64,000 nt of DNA from Eledone cirrhosa. Lineage: Eukaryota. Shown piece by piece: positions 30,497-44,283 of the stretch. A program made the translations under genes and the position numbers. The stretch is taken from contig OZ024749.1 in assembly GCA_964016885.1 (NCBI GenBank), forward strand, positions 13,702,001-13,766,000, written 5' to 3'. The notes under the pieces were generated by a model. The model made no database searches. It was not told the DNA's origin and saw only the letters and a list, made by a program, of their open reading frames with translations. Position 1 is the first letter of the stretch, and each line of letters begins with the position of its first letter.

Positions 30497-31092
30497 GGTG
30501 GTGGTGGTGGTGGTGGTGGTGGTGGTGTTGTTGGTGGTGGTGGTGGTGGTGGTGGTGGTGGTGGTGGTGGTGGTGGTGGTGGTGGTGGTGGTGGTGGTGG
30601 TGGTGGTGGTGGTGGTGGTGGTGTGGTGGTGGTGGTGGTGGTGGTGGTGTAGGTGGTGGTGGTGGTGGTGGTGGCGGTGGTGGTGGTGGTGGTGGTGGTG
30701 GTGGTGGTGGTGGTGTTGGTGGTGGTGGTGGTGGTGTTGGTGGTGGTGGTGGTGGTGGTGGTGGTGTGGTGGTGGTGGTGGTGGTGGTGTAGGTGGTGGT
30801 GGTGGTGGTGGTGGCGGTGGTGTTGTTGTTAGTGTTGGTGGTGGTGGTGTTGGTGGTGTTGGTGGTGGTGGTGGTGGTGTGTTGGTGTTGGTGGTGGTGG
30901 TGGCAGTGGTGGTGGTGTTGGTGGTGGTGGTGGTGGTGGTAGTGGTGGTAGTGGTGGTGTTGGTAGTAGTGGTGGTGTAAGTGGTAGTAGTGGTGGTGTA
31001 GGTGGTAGAAGGGGTGGTGTAGGTGGTAGAAGGGGTGGTGGTGGTGGTAGAAGGGGTGGTGGTAGTGGTGTAGGTGGTAGTAGTGGTGGTGA
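30497..31092. repeat. (GGT)n simple repeat
   Basis: Seen directly. Confidence 0.95.
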
Positions 31093-31367
31093 TGGGGTTA
31101 AACCATGTGAAATGGTAATTCAAATATTCAAAACTGAACGTTAATAAGGACATTTGTGAGATTTTTTCAAATTCCTTTACTCCTACATTATTTTAAAAAA
31201 CTGACATAACTCTTCTTCTTCTTCTTCTTCGCCCACTTAGTCCTGGTAGGCTTGTGAGGGGGGGGGGGGGGCAGTGTCCTCAAACACGTCATCCAGCGGG
31301 TCCCGTTAAAAGCAACCGTCTCCAATTGATCCGACCGGATCTCTAAGGGAGACCACTCAAAATAGAT

Positions 31368-31556
31368 AATTGTTTCTACTTTAGGCACAAGGCCAACAAT
31401 TACCCAGTGCATTACTGGTACTTTATTTTATCGACCCCGTAAGGATGAAAGGCAAAGTCAACCTCGGCGGGATTTGAACTCAGATCGTAAAGGGACGTAA
31501 CTATGCTGGAAAGCATGGCGTCCGACCCTCTACCGATACTGCCAATCCACCGCCCT
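31368..31556 (-). mobile_element. SINE family 1
   Basis: Reverse complement of the family core; a more degenerate copy lies at ~31815-31937. Confidence 0.75.
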
Positions 31557-32189
31557 TCAAAATAGATAATAGTCTCCATATATTCCTCTGCCGAACCAAC
31601 GCCATAACTGTTATGTTATTGGTCAGGAATTGCTATTGGTCAAGGAATGTATGTATGGTGCCGCCGTAACTCCTGATAGAATCATAGGGGCACCGTATTA
31701 ACATACGGTGTTTCTTGGACATTTTAAGCCTGACGGAGCCCATCCCTCTCCAAGCCTGAGTACAGCAGATTTCTTCCAGGGAGAAGAAGAATCCACCCTA
31801 ATGCTAGACTGCTACTTTTTTTATTGACCACGAAAAGATGAAAAGTTAACCTCGGTGGGATTTGAACTCAGAGAGCCGGAAGGAATATCATAAAGCATTC
31901 TATCCGACGTTCTAACGGGTCTGACAATTCGCCGCCTATATTAGTCAAGGTAAAGGTGCTAGTAATAACTATTGACCAATCAAAGTTGTAATCATAAATC
32001 TAGGTTTTTGTAATGTTTGACTAAGACAGTAGGGTTTGTCTATAATGTTTTACTGACATCTTAGATTTATGTAGTTAACCAGTTTACAAACATTGACAGT
32101 GATTGGTGGTAACATGAGACCAGATGACCATTGAGAAACATTAAGAATGGAAAGGGGTTGAGGAAGTAGGAAAATATAAGGCCGGATGT

Positions 32190-33420
32190 TGACCAGGAAA
32201 AATGCAGGGAAGAGTTTGCCTTTCTATCTGTGTACTTACGGCCTTCTTAAGTTTGGCCATTTGTTAGTGACCAGGAAAGATGCAGAGATGTTGTGTCTCG
32301 TACTATGCATCTATAGCGTTCCAAGTTTTCACTGTTAGCTAAGAAACAGAAACAAAATGGAGGGAAGAGGTTGTGAAACTTACTACCACAGAGGGGGGGG
32401 TCTGAATTGGGGGTGGGGTGGGGAAAATTTGGTCAATTTAGTTGTAGGGATTAGTCTAGCTCTTTGCACTCTTAAATGGTAAAAAAAACCTTCGATATGC
32501 GATAAACATAACATATAAATTGTAGCGCAAATACAATCAGATGTGTGTTTTGGTAGTTTGGAGAGAAAAATATAATTATTAGGAAGGGGGAGAATGGCTC
32601 TCTTGGCTCTCCCAGTTCAACCGCCCCTGTACCTTGCATATATAGCCATCCTAGACTTAGCCATTAGCTAAAGAACAGGTAAAGTTGGGAGATGACACTG
32701 TGTTTTGTTGATGATAGCAAAAATGGAAAAAAGAGTTGTTGCATATTCTAAGCCTTTTCTATGATATGGTCATTGGCTAAAGACAAGGAAATATGGAGAA
32801 GGAACGTTATGTATCTGGTTGTGCACCTAAAGCCCCTCTTGTCTATCAATGCTGGCTAAAGATTTGGTAATGATAGAGGAAGAAACGTTGTGTGTTTTGC
32901 TGTGTACTTACGGCCTTCATACAATATGGTCATCGGATAATGACTGAGAAAAATAGAGAGAACTGTGTATCTCATGCTGTACATCTGTGGCCTCTCTGAA
33001 GTCTTAACATTTCGGACACTAATCCTTCATCAGAAGATAGAATGAGAAATAAAAGATGAAATACATGTTTATTCAGTGGCCTTCATAGGAAATAATCGTT
33101 GGCTAAGGACCAGGAAAGAGTTGTACCGTAGGGTACCTATGGCGTCTCTAGCCGAGAGCCGTTGGCTGGTGATTGGGGGAAATGGAAAGAGAACGTTTTA
33201 TCTGAAGCTGTGCACCTCGACTTTCACAGGAAATAGTTGTTGGTTAAGGACGTGGGAAAATGGAAGAAAGTGTTTGCACCTCTTATAGGGTACCTATGGC
33301 GTCTCTTGCCTTGAGTCGTTGGCTGATGACTGGGGGAAAATAGAAAGAGAACGGTTTATCTGTGACTGGACACTTACGACATCCATAGGAAATGGTTGTT
33401 GGCTAATAACTACACAAAAT
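32190..33420. repeat. Old degenerate tandem repeat region
   Basis: Recurrent TGTG(C/T)AC..A.GGCC...TTGGCTAA.GAC.AGGAAAAATGGAG-like units; period not resolved by eye. Confidence 0.45.
33002..33037 (-). ncRNA. Minimal type I hammerhead ribozyme
   Basis: tctt CTGATGA a gga-ttagtg-tcc GAAA tg TT aaga; related copy at 49490-49525. Confidence 0.65.
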
Positions 33421-33666
33421 AGAGGGAGACATGTGATGCTTTATGCGATGTACCTGCGGTTGCTGGACGCTACGGATTTTGATTGGTTAATATATGTCGT
33501 CTGCTCAAAAGCTGCGTGAATATCTTGTTACATTTTGTGTTGGTTGTGTTTCAACTAGATTTTTTTTAACAGAGGTATTTGACATGTTTAGGTGAATGTG
33601 TTAGCCATAAAGGTGATAACTTTCTCTTTATTTGGGTTAGAGGTCAAATGTCACATGCACACTCAC

Positions 33667-33719
<53 letters not shown>

Positions 33720-33929
33720 TGTGTAATATAGCTTCATACAGTTGTGCGAACTATATACACAGGACATTACAAAGCATCAACTTGAATTACACACACACAG
33801 ATACGTACGTATACTCTCACGCACAGGCACACATACACACACATATACACATATTTCTACGTGAGAAGATAGATGCAAGCATTTGTGTGTACTTTTGTGT
33901 TTATGTGTTTGTACAGTTCCTCCCTCCCA

Positions 33930-34048
<119 letters not shown>

Positions 34049-34166
34049 CTGTGTGTGTGTGTGTGTGTGTGTGATGGTATGTATAATTACGTGGGAACAT
34101 AAGTATATAGGTGTGTTTGTGTGTACATTTGTCTGTATATGTATGCAAACGACCCTTCCCACCTAC

Positions 34167-34197
<31 letters not shown>

Positions 34198-34551
34198 ACC
34201 TACACATATACATATCTAAACAAACCCACAAAGAATCAAATCCGGTTCTTAAGCTGTTTGGTTTCATCTAATTTTAGCAACCACTAACATTCATTAAAAG
34301 AGTATTTCGTATGAATCGCGGACTTTCTTTAATTTTAACATTTAACATAAAACGTCTTCCATTTTTATTGCTTCAGAGAAGAGAGACACAACGACAATAA
34401 CAGCACCAGTACAACAACAACAACAACAATAACAACAGTACAACTAACTAAATCTCTTAATTACAAAACTAGACAGAAGTTTAAACCGTTATTTTGAGTC
34501 TGGTTCATACCGTGATGTAGAAATTACACACAGACCCAAAGACACACACAC

Positions 34552-34593
<42 letters not shown>

Positions 34594-34974
34594 GTATTTA
34601 TGTGTGCATATGTATAAGACACATATGCACACACGTACATGTATATACATTTATAGAAGTATATATTAATATACACATATATAACAGTGAAATATTTACA
34701 TAGATATACATACATATATGTATGAAAATATCGTTACATTTATATCGACATATACAAAATTTATACGTTATATATTGATTTCTACAAATAGATTATCGAA
34801 CGGTGGTTTATCGTTTGTGACGAGCCCCTAGCTGGAAATTTTAAAGACATTCCGCAAAGGATCGGATCTGGAATTCTACCAAAAAATATTCTGTACTGCT
34901 ATTTAAAAGGACTACCGAGAGGGATTGGATTACAGTTGTCTCCCCTTTAAATATCAGGATCCCTCTGCTTCTTA

Positions 34975-35265
34975 CATACACTAACACATATACATACACT
35001 AACGCACATACATACACTAACACACATACATACACTAACACACATACATACACTAACACATATACATGCACTAACGCACAAACATACACTAACACACATA
35101 CATAAACTAACACACATACATACACTAACACACATACATACACTAACACACATACTACATACACTAACACATATACATACACTAACACACATACATACAC
35201 TAACACATATACATACACTAACACATATACATACACTAACACACATACATACACTAACACACATA
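34975..35265. repeat. 18-bp minisatellite (ACACTAACACACATACAT)
   Basis: Seen directly. Confidence 0.9.
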
Positions 35266-35715
35266 CTCATATATTCAATTATTTATTAAAGGATACCTTC
35301 GACATTTTACACCAAATGCCGGTGTGTCATTGATATATATATTGCTGTATACGGCTATATGCCGGTTTTACCGTGGTACACTCTAAGGATCAGTGTGCAA
35401 CGATCGAAACTACGCCATGGCCTCAACCGACTAAACAGGATATTTTTCTTTAAATATTTTATAATAAAAGGTAAGACTAAAAAAAAATCAACATAGGTTT
35501 GTTTGTGGTGCACGTGTGTTTGTGTGTGTGTGTGCTCGTGTGTGTGTATACGTGTGTGTTGTGTATTTGTGTATGTGAAGAGGGGGGGGGGGTATATCTG
35601 TGTAGTTCTGTAATGTGTTGTGTGTGCTCGTGTATGTGTGTGTACGTGTGTGTTGTGTATTTGAGTGGGAAGTCTATGTGCATATTTCTGTATGTGTGTA
35701 TTATGTGTCAATTTC

Positions 35716-35798
<83 letters not shown>

Positions 35799-35818
35799 TA
35801 TATATAATATGTGTGTGT

Positions 35819-35890
<72 letters not shown>

Positions 35891-36268
35891 AAGGTTATAT
35901 ATGAAATCATACATACATAGATACATACATACATGATGGCTGCCTCCTCGATATCGAGTATGGCCATTGCACGATATAACATTATTAATAATTATCAATT
36001 AATGCTATCGTACAATGCCTGTGCGTGAAGATGTTTTTTAAGTGTGCACTGGGCCAATCCCACTCTCTCAGCAACAGTAACTATAACCCGAAAAGAAGAA
36101 AAGATCAACATCATCGGTAACTACGGAGTTTCCTGAGTTGCCTTCTCCTAGAAAATCCCTGACAAGGGCTAGGGGTCCTTCACTCCCAGTGGTTTAACCG
36201 CACTATCGGGTATCCAGCCGAATTATTTGTATGTCCCCGCGCATATATACACATATGTATACATGTAT

Positions 36269-36342
<74 letters not shown>

Positions 36343-36709
36343 ATGTATATATACATATTTATACATTTTTGGATGGCCGTTGCCTCTTATGAGTTCTTCC
36401 TCCCTTTGTCAGGTTTTGTTGTTTGTCCTGCAGGGTGTCCTAAATCTCCCTCCTCACCATACACACATGTATGAATATATGAACGACTCAAAGACTACCA
36501 GTGGGATATTCCCATCAAAACACCTACCAACTGCAAACATAGCCAGCCTGATATACTTGTTTGGGGGAAAGAAAATTTAAAAAATGTACAACTATGAAGG
36601 TCAGCTATTTTACAGTAAGTGGGAACATTTCTTTCATAATCGGAGAGGAAGTGTGTATTTCTGAAAACATTACAATGTCTCTATCTAGATATCTCGATTA
36701 TAAATAGAT

Positions 36710-37805
36710 ATTGCGAGAGATTTGTCATTCGATTCACAGAGAGACCTTGCGAGAGATGCGATGTTCGGTTGACACAGAGACCCCTTGCGAGAGATGTGTC
36801 GTTCTATTCACAGAGAGACCTTGCGAGAGATGCGATGTTCGGTTGACACAGAGACCCCTTGCGAGAGATTTGTCATTCGATTCACAGAGAGACCTTGCGA
36901 GAGATGCGATGTTCGGTTGACACAGAGACCCCTTGCGAGAGATGTGTCGTTCTATTCACATACAGGCTCATTCCGAGAGATGCATCGTTTGATTCGTGCA
37001 GTTTACTTACAAGAGTTGCGTCATTCCAATCACAAATGTCCCTTACGAAAGATGAGTCAGTCGATTCACACAAACCACTTGAGAGAGACGCATCGTTCCA
37101 TTGATACAGACCCCTTGAGAGAGATGCGTCGTTCGATTGACACAGATACCCCTTGCGAGAGGTGCGTCGTTCAATTGATACAGACCACTTGAGAGAGACG
37201 CATCGTTCCATTGATACAGACCACTTGAGAGAGACGCATCGTTCCATTGATACAGACCACTTGAGAGAGGTGTGTCGTTCAATTGATACAGACCCCTTGC
37301 GAAGGCTACGTGGTTCTATTCACATAGATCCTTTGCGAGAGGTGTGTCGTTCAATTGATACAAACCCCTTGCGAAGGCTACGTGGTTCTATTCACATAGA
37401 TCCCTTGCGAGAGGTGTGTCGTTCAATTGATACAGACCCCTTGCGAAGGCTGCGTGGTTCTATTCACATAGATCCCTTGCGAGAGGTGCGTCGTTCGATT
37501 CACACACATGTCCCTCGTGAGAGCTGCGATATTCGATTCTCACAGACCTCATGCAAGAGATGCATCGTTCTGTTCACACAGAGAACCCTTGCGATGGATG
37601 TCATTTGTTTCACTTAGACTCCTTGCGAGAGATCTGTCGTTCAATTCACTTAGACTCCTTGCGAGAGATCTGTCGTTCAATTCACACAAAAATCTTGCGA
37701 GAGATGCGTCGTTCGATTCACACAGACCCCTTGGGAGAGATGCGGCGTTCCATTTACACAGAGACCCCTTGCGAGAGATGCGTCGCTCCTTTCACACAGA
37801 CCCCT
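36710..37805. repeat. ~36-39-bp minisatellite (CCCTTGCGAGAGATGCGTCGTTCGATTCACACAGAC-like) with local dimeric higher-order units
   Basis: Seen directly. Confidence 0.85.
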
Positions 37806-38253
37806 TTGTTCACATTTTTCCTGTCCAGGGGTTTTTATACAACTAATTAAACTAATATTTATAATTATCAACTATAACTCATAGTTATCTGCATTGTGGC
37901 TAACATATTTTCAAATTTCATATTTATGAGTTTGACTTGTCGTCTTACGTCCGTTTCTTTATTCTTTATGCTGGTATTGGCTGTACGAAATCCAGAGTTG
38001 AGCTTAGTTTCAGATAGCATCGTTCTATTCACACGTCCCTTGTAAGAAATGAATCAGTCGATTCACACAAACTTAGCGTTAACCAACGGAGTGTATACGA
38101 TACACTTCCCCATTTTGGGCTAACCCTTGGTCAAGAACACAACGTGTCAGACGGTCTGGGAATCGAACTCATGCCTCTTTGATCGTGAACCAAGCACTCT
38201 AACTCCAAGGCTACGTGCCTTCAGTTCCTATTTGGTTATATTACTGAATACCT

Positions 38254-38410
38254 AGGCGGCGAATTGGCAGAGTCGTTAAAACGTTGGATAGAATGTTTTA
38301 TGGTATCCGTCCCAGCTCTCTGCTCTCTGAGTTCAAATCCCGCCGAGGTCAACTTTGCCTTTCATCCTTTCGAAGTCGATAGAAAAAGTACCAGTCTAGT
38401 ACTGGGGTCA
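38254..38410 (+). mobile_element. SINE family 1
   Basis: GAGTTCAAATCCCGCCGAGGTCAACTTTGCCTTTCATCC. Confidence 0.7.
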
Positions 38411-38485
38411 ATTCTTCCTCTAATATCTCTTTCTCATTTTCCTCTCTCTGACTTTCCATCTTTCTCTGGAAGAAATCTGCTGTAC

Positions 38486-38826
38486 TCAGGCCTGGGGAGG
38501 GATGGGCTCCACCAGGTCAGGCCTGGAGAGGGATGGGCTCCACCAGGTCAGGCCTGGGGAGGGATGGGCTCCACCAATTCAGGCCTGGGGAGGGATGGGC
38601 TCCACCAGGTCAGGCCTGGAGAGGGGTGGGCTCCACCAGGTCAGGCCTGGAGAGGGGTGGGCTCCACCAGGTCAGGCCTGGGGAGGGATGGGCTCCACTA
38701 GGTCAGGCCTGGGGAGGGATGGGCTCCACCAGGTCAGGCCTGGAGAGGGATGGGCTCCACCAATTCAGGCCTGGGGAGGGATGGGCTCCACCAGGTCAGG
38801 CCTGGAGAGGGAAGGGCTCCACTAGG
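38486..38826. repeat. 31-bp G-rich minisatellite x11 (TCAGGCCTGGGGAGGGATGGGCTCCACCAGG)
   Basis: Seen directly. Confidence 0.9.
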
Positions 38827-39302
38827 CTTCAAATGTCCAAGAAACACCGTATGTCAACACTGCGCCCCTACCACTCTATCAGGAGTTAGGGGCCATACAT
38901 ATATACTGAATACCTAAGGTAACATTTCCAAACGTTTATTGGGCAAGTAAAATGACCATTTAACTTGTACACTGTAAATATAATATATAAGCGGAACAAT
39001 AAAGATATGCAAGACTTTTATAAAATCCATCATTTGCATCGATCGACAGGACTGTAGTTGAGTGCTGCCCATGTTTAAGTGGAGTAAGGGGCCATGACAC
39101 AGTGATTGTGTTGTTGTTGTTGTTGCGGTTGTTGTTGTCGGTGGTGTTGTTCTTGATGTTGTTGTTGTAGTTGCTGCTGCTGTTGTTGATGATGATGATG
39201 TTGTTGTTACTGCTGTTGTTTTTATTGTTGTTATTGCTGCTGTTGTTTTTTTATTGTTGTTATTGCTGCCGTTGTTATTGTTGATGATAACGATGATGAT
39301 GA

Positions 39303-39345
<43 letters not shown>

Positions 39346-39602
39346 GCTATTGTTGACGATGATGATGATGTTAGTGTTGACTGACATGGTTCCATTGGAA
39401 GATGTTCATACAGAGTTGACAGTGAGCTATCTAGTTAACAGGTGGACGAGGCATGGCTACTGAAGTGTGGTGGTGTTATGTACGTAGGAGCGGGTAATGC
39501 TGGAGGAGGTGTGTTATTCTATGTCTGCATAGCACCTCCTCCCCGCCAACGTTTAATTTAGTGAGAAAATATATATAAATATGTATATGTGTGTGTGCTA
39601 TG

Positions 39603-39674
<72 letters not shown>

Positions 39675-39696
39675 GTATAAAAATCAATACAATATA

Positions 39697-39774
39697 ATTA
39701 CCTCATTACCAGAGGTTTCCCGAATGAGGCGAATACGAAAGAAACGTCTTCATTCGTTCATCAGACGAGGCAAT
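39697..39774 (-). ncRNA. Type I hammerhead ribozyme
   Basis: attgcctcgt CTGATGA a[cgaatga...tcattcg]g GAAA cc-tct-gg TA atgaggtaat. Confidence 0.85.
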
Positions 39775-40063
39775 ATAAAACATGGTTAAATACTTGGAAA
39801 GTCTCATCAAGAAAAGCAAAAAAAATATATAGACAAATGAATTACTATATGAAATATATAAAAATCATTAAGAAATATAGTTAGGTGTGTGTATATGTAT
39901 GTATATACGCTCACAGATGTTCATATATGTGTATGCACAAATGTATACGTATAGTGAAAAAGTGTGCGTAAATATATATTTTAGGGCAAATGTATCTGTG
40001 TGTCTGTAAAATACAGACAGACATGATGTGGTTATCTGTTTGGCAGGTACACAGAAAAAAAAA

Positions 40064-40131
<68 letters not shown>

Positions 40132-40401
40132 AAAAGAATGAAATGAAATTTCATTTCTCATTCTTAGTTCGGCTGTTACTTAAATATAAGTATGTATACG
40201 TACATACATATACGTATACAGACGTACCGTAGTATGTATATATATATATATATACATACATGCACACACATATATATATGTAGGTATGGGTTTACCGAAC
40301 ATTTATTATAATGTTCGGTTTGTTTGTAAACAAACATCCCGTATTAAGCCGTACAGTGTTCGGAAACCATCGTCACCTTTTCGTTCAACACTGACAAAGG
40401 A

Positions 40402-40444
40402 ACGATGAACTAGTTTCAAGCTTATTAGCTATCGTCAGCATCGT
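40402..40444 (-). ncRNA. Type I hammerhead ribozyme
   Basis: acgatg CTGACGA t[agct-aata-agct]t GAAA ctag TT catcgt. Confidence 0.75.
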
Positions 40445-40638
40445 ATACCTTCCTGTCAGATGATTGAACGTTTGAAAGTATATATTTTCCTTAACAGCCG
40501 TACTAAGAGTGAGAAATGAAATTTCATTTCATTCTTTTCCATTTATCGTTTTCGGTGCGCCCGGCCGACTAACTCACTCGATATGCAAATTAGGCTGCTC
40601 AGCCGTTAATATGCATAAATCATCTGACAGGAAGGTAT

Positions 40639-40681
40639 ACGATGCTGACGATAGCTAATAAGCTTGAAATTAGTTCATCGT
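40639..40681 (+). ncRNA. Type I hammerhead ribozyme (inverted partner of 40402-40444)
   Basis: Inverted arms ~40185-40465 and ~40618-40890. Confidence 0.7.
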
Positions 40682-40882
40682 TCTTGTGTCAGTGTTGAAC
40701 AAAAGGGAAACGATTGTTGCCGAACACTGTACGGCTTAATTGGAGCTGTTTGTTTACAAACAAACCGAACATTATAATGAATGTTCGGTATACCCATACG
40801 TACATATATATATGTCTGCATGTATGTATATATACACATAATACTGTACGTCTGTATACGTATATGTATGTACGTATACATA

Positions 40883-40934
<52 letters not shown>

Positions 40935-40984
40935 TAAACAAATAATGAACAAACAATTCCTTATATTAAACAAAAAAAGTTCAC

Positions 40985-41129
40985 TATTTAACGATCGTTT
41001 CTAGGGTATATATGTGTTATAATTGGTATGCATATTTAACAGATCTATGTACAAAATTATACAAAATTATACAAATTATCAAGATTAAATATACATACCT
41101 AACTCATATATACGCCGTCTTCAGAAATA
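40985..41129 (-). ncRNA. Hammerhead ribozyme with long stem II in 3' pLTR
   Basis: Reverse complement of 47631-47775. Confidence 0.75.
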
Positions 41130-41892
41130 ATGAAGTATATTTATTGATAATAACAACAATACAAAATATCAGTTCAAAATTGACCAATGAAAAACACAAA
41201 GGGTTAAAAGCAGTTTGGTGTGTGTATATACATGTAAAAACCTTACACATATTTTACAATAATGTGTGTATAATTTGTATGTGCATACTAAAAAGATGGA
41301 TGCAACCACAAAATTTCAAGGTTAATATCTCTGTAAGCTTAATGCGCTGATAAGATACGCAATGATACTTATGGAGTCAAGCATATAAATATATTTTTTT
41401 CATACTCACACATATCAGTATAATCACACATACATGTGCGTATATGCATAAATATACACATAACCACGAACATACAAACACACACACTCCCCCACTCACA
41501 TTTATATATGTGGATATAAAATCATAAGCAAATAGAAATTAAGTCACTCACATAAAAACACTGGTACACACATTTCAAGATCAAGATACAGAAATTAGGT
41601 GGGAGGGGGGGGGAGGGGTCAGTATTAGATTGTCAGACCAGACAGCCTAATATAAATGTATCTATAAATTAAGAAAAATAAAAAAATAAAAACAATAAAA
41701 TATAATAAAATGTACATACACATACAGATATACATACACATACATACATGTACGCGCACATAGAGATATCTACACATACATACATACACACATACCTATA
41801 CTGTCATACACACACATACATTTACACGAACATACACATACACATATAAAAAGATATAAATACACACACACTCACGCGCAACACATACACAT

Positions 41893-41943
<51 letters not shown>

Positions 41944-41950
41944 TAGACTC

Positions 41951-41982
<32 letters not shown>

Positions 41983-42156
41983 ATACAAACATATATATCC
42001 ACACACTCATACCACCATAAATACACATACAAACACCCACATGTATATATATATATATACATACATATCCACATACACACACGTACACATATATATATAT
42101 ATATACATATATACACATACATATATATATATACACACACATAAAAAACAGACATG

Positions 42157-42187
<31 letters not shown>

Positions 42188-42285
42188 TTCATTACTCTTA
42201 TATATACACATAGTATATATACATACACAACCTCACATTTATACACATATACACATAAGTTATATTACAATAATAATAAAGAATA

Positions 42286-42318
<33 letters not shown>

Positions 42319-44283
42319 TATATACATATATATATATATATACACATACATACATACACATACATACATACACCTAAATATATACATACATAAATACACA
42401 CATACGAATAAAGACATATATTCACACATAGACACCTATATACACATATACATATATATATATATATATATATATCTATATATATACACTTACATATATA
42501 TATACATATATATATATATATACACATACACACACACACACACACAGACACACATACACACTCACATATATATATATATATATGTGTGTATGTGAGTGTG
42601 CGCAAATTCACATATATATACACACACACATACAAACACACACAAACACATACATATGCATACGTGCACACATACACACATATATCACATAGATACGAAG
42701 ATAAACATATAAATAGAGAGACATACAAATATATACAGAACCCATATACACATACATACAAACACGCATATACATATACATACATATATACACATATATA
42801 TATATTCCTATATACAAGCATACACATACATACACATATATACATATACATACACATATACATACTACACATTCACATACACATACATATATAATACATA
42901 TATATACATATATATACATACATATGTATGCACAATCATATATACACACTCAATCTTACATTCATATTTACATGCTCATATATGTATTTTTATATTTAGA
43001 AATAAATACCAAAACCTATATAGACACCCACCTACACATATATTCATATATATACGCTTACAAAAACAGATGATAATAGTATGGGGGAAAGGGGGGGTTT
43101 GGAGAAGGGGATCAAAGTAAATATATGTTTCAAGAAACATATAATATTTTCCGTATCTTAATTCAATGTATGTTCTTACATATTTTCAGTGCTAGGAAAT
43201 ACGAAATCTATGCATCCCAAAATAAAAAAGTATACCATTAATCATATGTTAACTAAACCAAAGATAGTCAACATATTGATTTCCAAGGTGTAAATTAGTT
43301 AGGTTTATAATATTTGAAGCAGAATTATGAAGTCAAACAGTAGTAGATTATTAATTACATTATAACTAAATTAAAGTTAATAACGTTATGGTATCAATAT
43401 TAGGAGATGAATTTAGTAATAGGGAAAAGAAACCCAAATAAAAATAAAATAAAGTATTACATCGGTAGTAGCATATAAATTATATGTTAACTAAATTAAA
43501 AATTATATATTTATTTCAATAGTATACGTTAATTAGTATATGTTAATTAGGTATACAATACATAAAGCAGATATTGTATTTCATCAATAGCATAATATAA
43601 TTATATGCAAATAAAAATCAAAATTAATACGCATACATATACATATACATACACATACACATATATATACATATACACACACATATATATATATACATAT
43701 ACATATATATACACATACATACATATATAGTCACATAAATATACAAACAGATACACATACAACACACACATATACATATACATATAGATATACATATCTT
43801 TTTCAAAAAATTGCACAGAATATATTAACTAGGTATATATCCAAAACACATCCCATTCTATGATTACATGACATTCTGCAATTCGTCTGTACAAGGATAC
43901 TAATTTTAAGCAAATTAAAATTAAAGTTTTAGGTTGATTAAAACTAAAACCAAATAATAAATATATTTCCAAAATGTATATTAATTAGGTCTATAATACT
44001 AAAAATTCTTTCTCCGTCATAGGATACATGATATTATTTTGTTATATTTTATCTGTAAAAGAATTATAATAAAATAAATTATAATAAAAAAAATTATAAT
44101 AAAAGGTTAAAATAAATTAAAATTAATCTATAAATTAAATTACTGAGTATATATTAGTAATATTTAAAGGTTTTTCAAAATTTATGATTACATAATATTT
44201 TCTCATCTGTAATAAAATATTAATTAAATTAAATTTATAGGTTAACTAACATTTAAATTAAATTAAATTCTAGAATAATGTTA

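Noticed and set aside
34810-34850. Hammerhead-like GTGACGA...GAAA
   Set aside because: Core C3 missing and stems too weak
36014-36186. Segment similar to 59199-59396
   Set aside because: Diverged interspersed repeat with no identifiable class or coding signal
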